From Actinomycetota bacterium (GTDB lineage: Bacteria > Actinomycetota > Actinomycetes > Actinomycetales > Microbacteriaceae): DNA of 64,000 nt. The stretch is taken from NCBI GenBank assembly GCA_041192365.1, contig JBEENB010000003.1:2816-66815 (forward strand), read 5' to 3'. Both the position numbers and the translations under genes were made by a program. The notes beneath the pieces were generated by a model. The model searched no databases and was not told the DNA's origin. It saw only the letters and a program-made list of their open reading frames with translations. Every line of letters starts with the position of its first letter. Position 1 is the first letter of the stretch. This document shows, piece after piece, positions 61,823-64,000 of this stretch.

Positions 61823-62830
61823 ATGCCCATCAGCACATACGATGACGCGATGCGCCGCGCACGCGAGCTCGCCGAACGCGGTCCCCGAACGGGAGAGAAC
61901 CCCCAGGTTGGCTGTGTTCTTGTTGACGACGCGGGCACAATCCTGGCGGAAGGCTGGCACCGCGGTGCGGGCACACTGCACGCCGAGGTCGACGCGCTGT
62001 CCAAGGTCGAGAGCGCACGCGGCCTCACCGCCGTCGTGACGCTAGAGCCCTGCAACCACACTGGCCGTACCGGGCCGTGCGCTCAGGCGCTCATCGATGC
62101 CGGTGTGACACGAGTCGTGTATTCGCTCGACGACCCCGGCCAGAAATCTAGTGGAGGGGCCGAGACGCTGCGTGCCGCCGGGATCGAGGTTGTCTCTGGT
62201 GTTTTATCGGGCGAGGGATACCATCTCGTCGAACGGTGGCTGACGGCAAACCGTCTCGGCCGTCCCTGGGTCACGGCCAAATGGGGATCGAGCCTCGACG
62301 GGCGAACTGCGGCGACCGACGGCACCAGCCAGTGGATTACGTCCGCAGAATCGCGCACCTACATTCATCTTTTGCGATCGCAGCACGACACCATCGCGAT
62401 CGGAACGGGAACCGCAATCGCTGACAACCCGAGCCTCACCGCTCGAACCGCAGACGGAAACCTGTTCCCCAATCAACCACTCGCTGTTGTGATTGGTGAC
62501 ACCCCACTCCCGGCCGGTTCCGGACTGTGGAGCCACCCGCGCGGCGTCTTGCAAGAATCAGGACCGCTCGTCGAAATTCTTGAGCGCCTCTACAACATCG
62601 GGATTCGCAGTCTGTTCCTCGAGGGCGGGCCGCGCCTCATGAACTCGTTCATTCGCGAAGGTCTCGTCGACGAATACGTCGTGTGCCTCGCCCCAATCCT
62701 CCTCGGTGGTGACAAGACCGCCACCGGTGATCTCGGAATCGGAACGCTGGTAGACGCGCGCCGGCTCACCGTCACGAGCACCGAGGTTATGGGCGGAACC
62801 ATCGTTGTTACGGCTCGAGAGGCCCACTAG
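61823..62830 (+). CDS. ribD: bifunctional riboflavin-biosynthesis deaminase/reductase
   Basis: ATG 61823 preceded by GAAGGAG. HAEVDAL and TLEPCNHTGRTGPC zinc motifs. Reductase C-terminal domain. Confidence 0.94.
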   Translation: MPISTYDDAMRRARELAERGPRTGENPQVGCVLVDDAGTILAEGWHRGAGTLHAEVDALSKVESARGLTAVVTLEPCNHTGRTGPCAQALIDAGVTRVVYSLDDPGQKSSGGAETLRAAGIEVVSGVLSGEGYHLVERWLTANRLGRPWVTAKWGSSLDGRTAATDGTSQWITSAESRTYIHLLRSQHDTIAIGTGTAIADNPSLTARTADGNLFPNQPLAVVIGDTPLPAGSGLWSHPRGVLQESGPLVEILERLYNIGIRSLFLEGGPRLMNSFIREGLVDEYVVCLAPILLGGDKTATGDLGIGTLVDARRLTVTSTEVMGGTIVVTAREAH

Positions 62831-63435
62831 TGTTCACGGGAATCATCGCCGAACTCGGCACCATCACCGCAACCGAAAAGTCTGGTGATTCGGTTCGGGT
62901 CACCGTTCGGGCGCCCAAAGCCGTCGCCAAAGCGGGGCACGGGGACTCCATCGCCATCAGCGGGGTGTGCCTCACTGTTCTCGATCAAACCGACGACTCG
63001 TTCACCGCTGACGTGATGGGGCAGACCGTCACGATGTCAAACCCCGACCAGTGGCACGACGGTCGAACCGTGAACGTCGAATCCGCGATGGCAGCAGGAG
63101 CACAACTGGGCGGTCACATCGTCCAGGGACACGTCGACGGAACCGCTACGGTCCTCGAGACTCGACAGTCTGGTGATTGGCGCGTCATCCGCTTCGCTCT
63201 CACCCGTGAGCACGCGCCGCTAATCGTGGACAAAGGATCAATCACAATCGACGGGGTCTCGCTGACCGTCTCGACCGTCGGCGACGATTGGTGTGAAGTG
63301 TCGCTCATCCCCGAAACACTGGTTGCAACGACTCTCGGTTCCTTGGCTGTGGGAGACACTGTCAACATCGAAACCGACATTCTCGCGCGTCACATCGCCC
63401 GTCTCGCACACTTCACGAAGGGGACGTTCGCATGA
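62830..63435 (+). CDS. ribE: riboflavin synthase (alpha chain)
   Basis: GTG 62830 overlaps the ribD TAG. FTGIIAELG, and a duplicated lumazine-binding repeat (GDSIAISGVCLTV / KGSITIDGVSLTV). Confidence 0.94.
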   Translation: MFTGIIAELGTITATEKSGDSVRVTVRAPKAVAKAGHGDSIAISGVCLTVLDQTDDSFTADVMGQTVTMSNPDQWHDGRTVNVESAMAAGAQLGGHIVQGHVDGTATVLETRQSGDWRVIRFALTREHAPLIVDKGSITIDGVSLTVSTVGDDWCEVSLIPETLVATTLGSLAVGDTVNIETDILARHIARLAHFTKGTFA

Positions 63436-64000
63436 CGCTCATCGAAACCGCCATCGCTCAACTACGAGCCGGGAAACCGGTAATCGTCACCGACTCAGCC
63501 GATCGCGAGAACGAGGGCGACGTCGTCATGGCAGCCGAACTCGTCACGACCGAATGGTTGGCCTGGACCATCCGTCACACGAGCGGCTTTCTCTGCGCGC
63601 CGATGACGAACGAACGAGCGAACGAGCTCGATTTGCCCCTCATGGTTTCTGAGAACCAGGACTCGCGCCGGACCGCCTATACGGTGAGCGTTGACGCCGC
63701 TGAAGGCGTCACGACGGGTATTTCGGCGCGCGACCGTGCAGAAACGCTCCGGGTTCTCGCGAACCCCGCCAGCGGGCCAGGGGACCTCATTCGCCCCGGT
63801 CACATCATTCCGCTTCGCGCGGTTGCCGGTGGAGTTCGTGAACGGGCAGGTCACACGGAAGCAGCCGTCGACCTTCTGGACCTAGCCGGACTGCAACCCG
63901 TTGCCGTTATCGGTGAAATCACCAATGACGATGGAAGCATGATGCGTGGCGAGACGCTCATCGCCTTTGCGGCGGAGCACCAACTCACCATTATCTCGAT
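63432..64000 (+). CDS. ribBA: 3,4-dihydroxy-2-butanone-4-phosphate synthase domain of RibBA (5' part, truncated by window end)
   Basis: Own translation from ATG 63432 (ATGA overlap with ribE): MTLIETAIAQLRAGKPVIVTDSADRENEGDVVMAAE...RPGHIIPLRAVAGGVRERAGHTEAAVDL. These are classic RibB motifs. Confidence 0.9.
   Translation, partial: MTLIETAIAQLRAGKPVIVTDSADRENEGDVVMAAELVTTEWLAWTIRHTSGFLCAPMTNERANELDLPLMVSENQDSRRTAYTVSVDAAEGVTTGISARDRAETLRVLANPASGPGDLIRPGHIIPLRAVAGGVRERAGHTEAAVDLLDLAGLQPVAVIGEITNDDGSMMRGETLIAFAAEHQLTIIS

Overview
High-GC (about 58-60% by eye) actinobacterial chromosome segment, very tightly packed. I call about 60 protein genes, one FMN riboswitch and one clear hairpin terminator. 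I recognised no tRNA, rRNA, IS element, prophage or CRISPR array.

Gene order follows the conserved actinobacterial core known from M. tuberculosis (locus tags from memory): whiB1/pdtaS (Rv3219/20c), secA1, comF-like, lpqB-mtrB-mtrA, manB, whiB2, manA, wbbL/rmlD/LCP, purEK, birA, accD5-accE5, maf, accA3, punA-pmmB, add-deoA-cdd, sdhCDAB, trpS. It then runs into glpK and the rib operon.

Inserted into this backbone are:
- a rhamnose/mannose cell-wall glycopolymer cluster (Wzy_C-like protein, LGFP-repeat secreted protein, WbbL-like GT2, rmlA, rmlC, two GT4, rmlD, LCP);
- a BMP-family nucleoside ABC importer fused into the cdd-deoA-add operon;
- an MFS-P450-trhO islet;
- an orphan PTS EIIB(Fru)-like gene.

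This is mostly housekeeping DNA and I found no obvious defence or mobile system. The observations I consider most worth follow-up are:
1. A recurrent leaderless-promoter geometry: TANNNT, six times TAGGCT, ending 6-8 nt before 13 start codons.
2. Convergent genes that almost always share overlapping stop codons and have no terminator.
3. A T9 homopolymer, the longest run I saw, inside the O-antigen-ligase-like gene; it is a phase-variation candidate.
4. An orphan EIIB(Fru) domain whose C-terminus looks like the MinD membrane-targeting helix.
5. A tad-less SAF/Ssd-like pair apparently co-transcribed with pdtaS.
6. The conserved but uncharacterised whiB2 - giant membrane GT2 - DUF5719-like operon.

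All family assignments come from motif recognition by eye. No database search was run.
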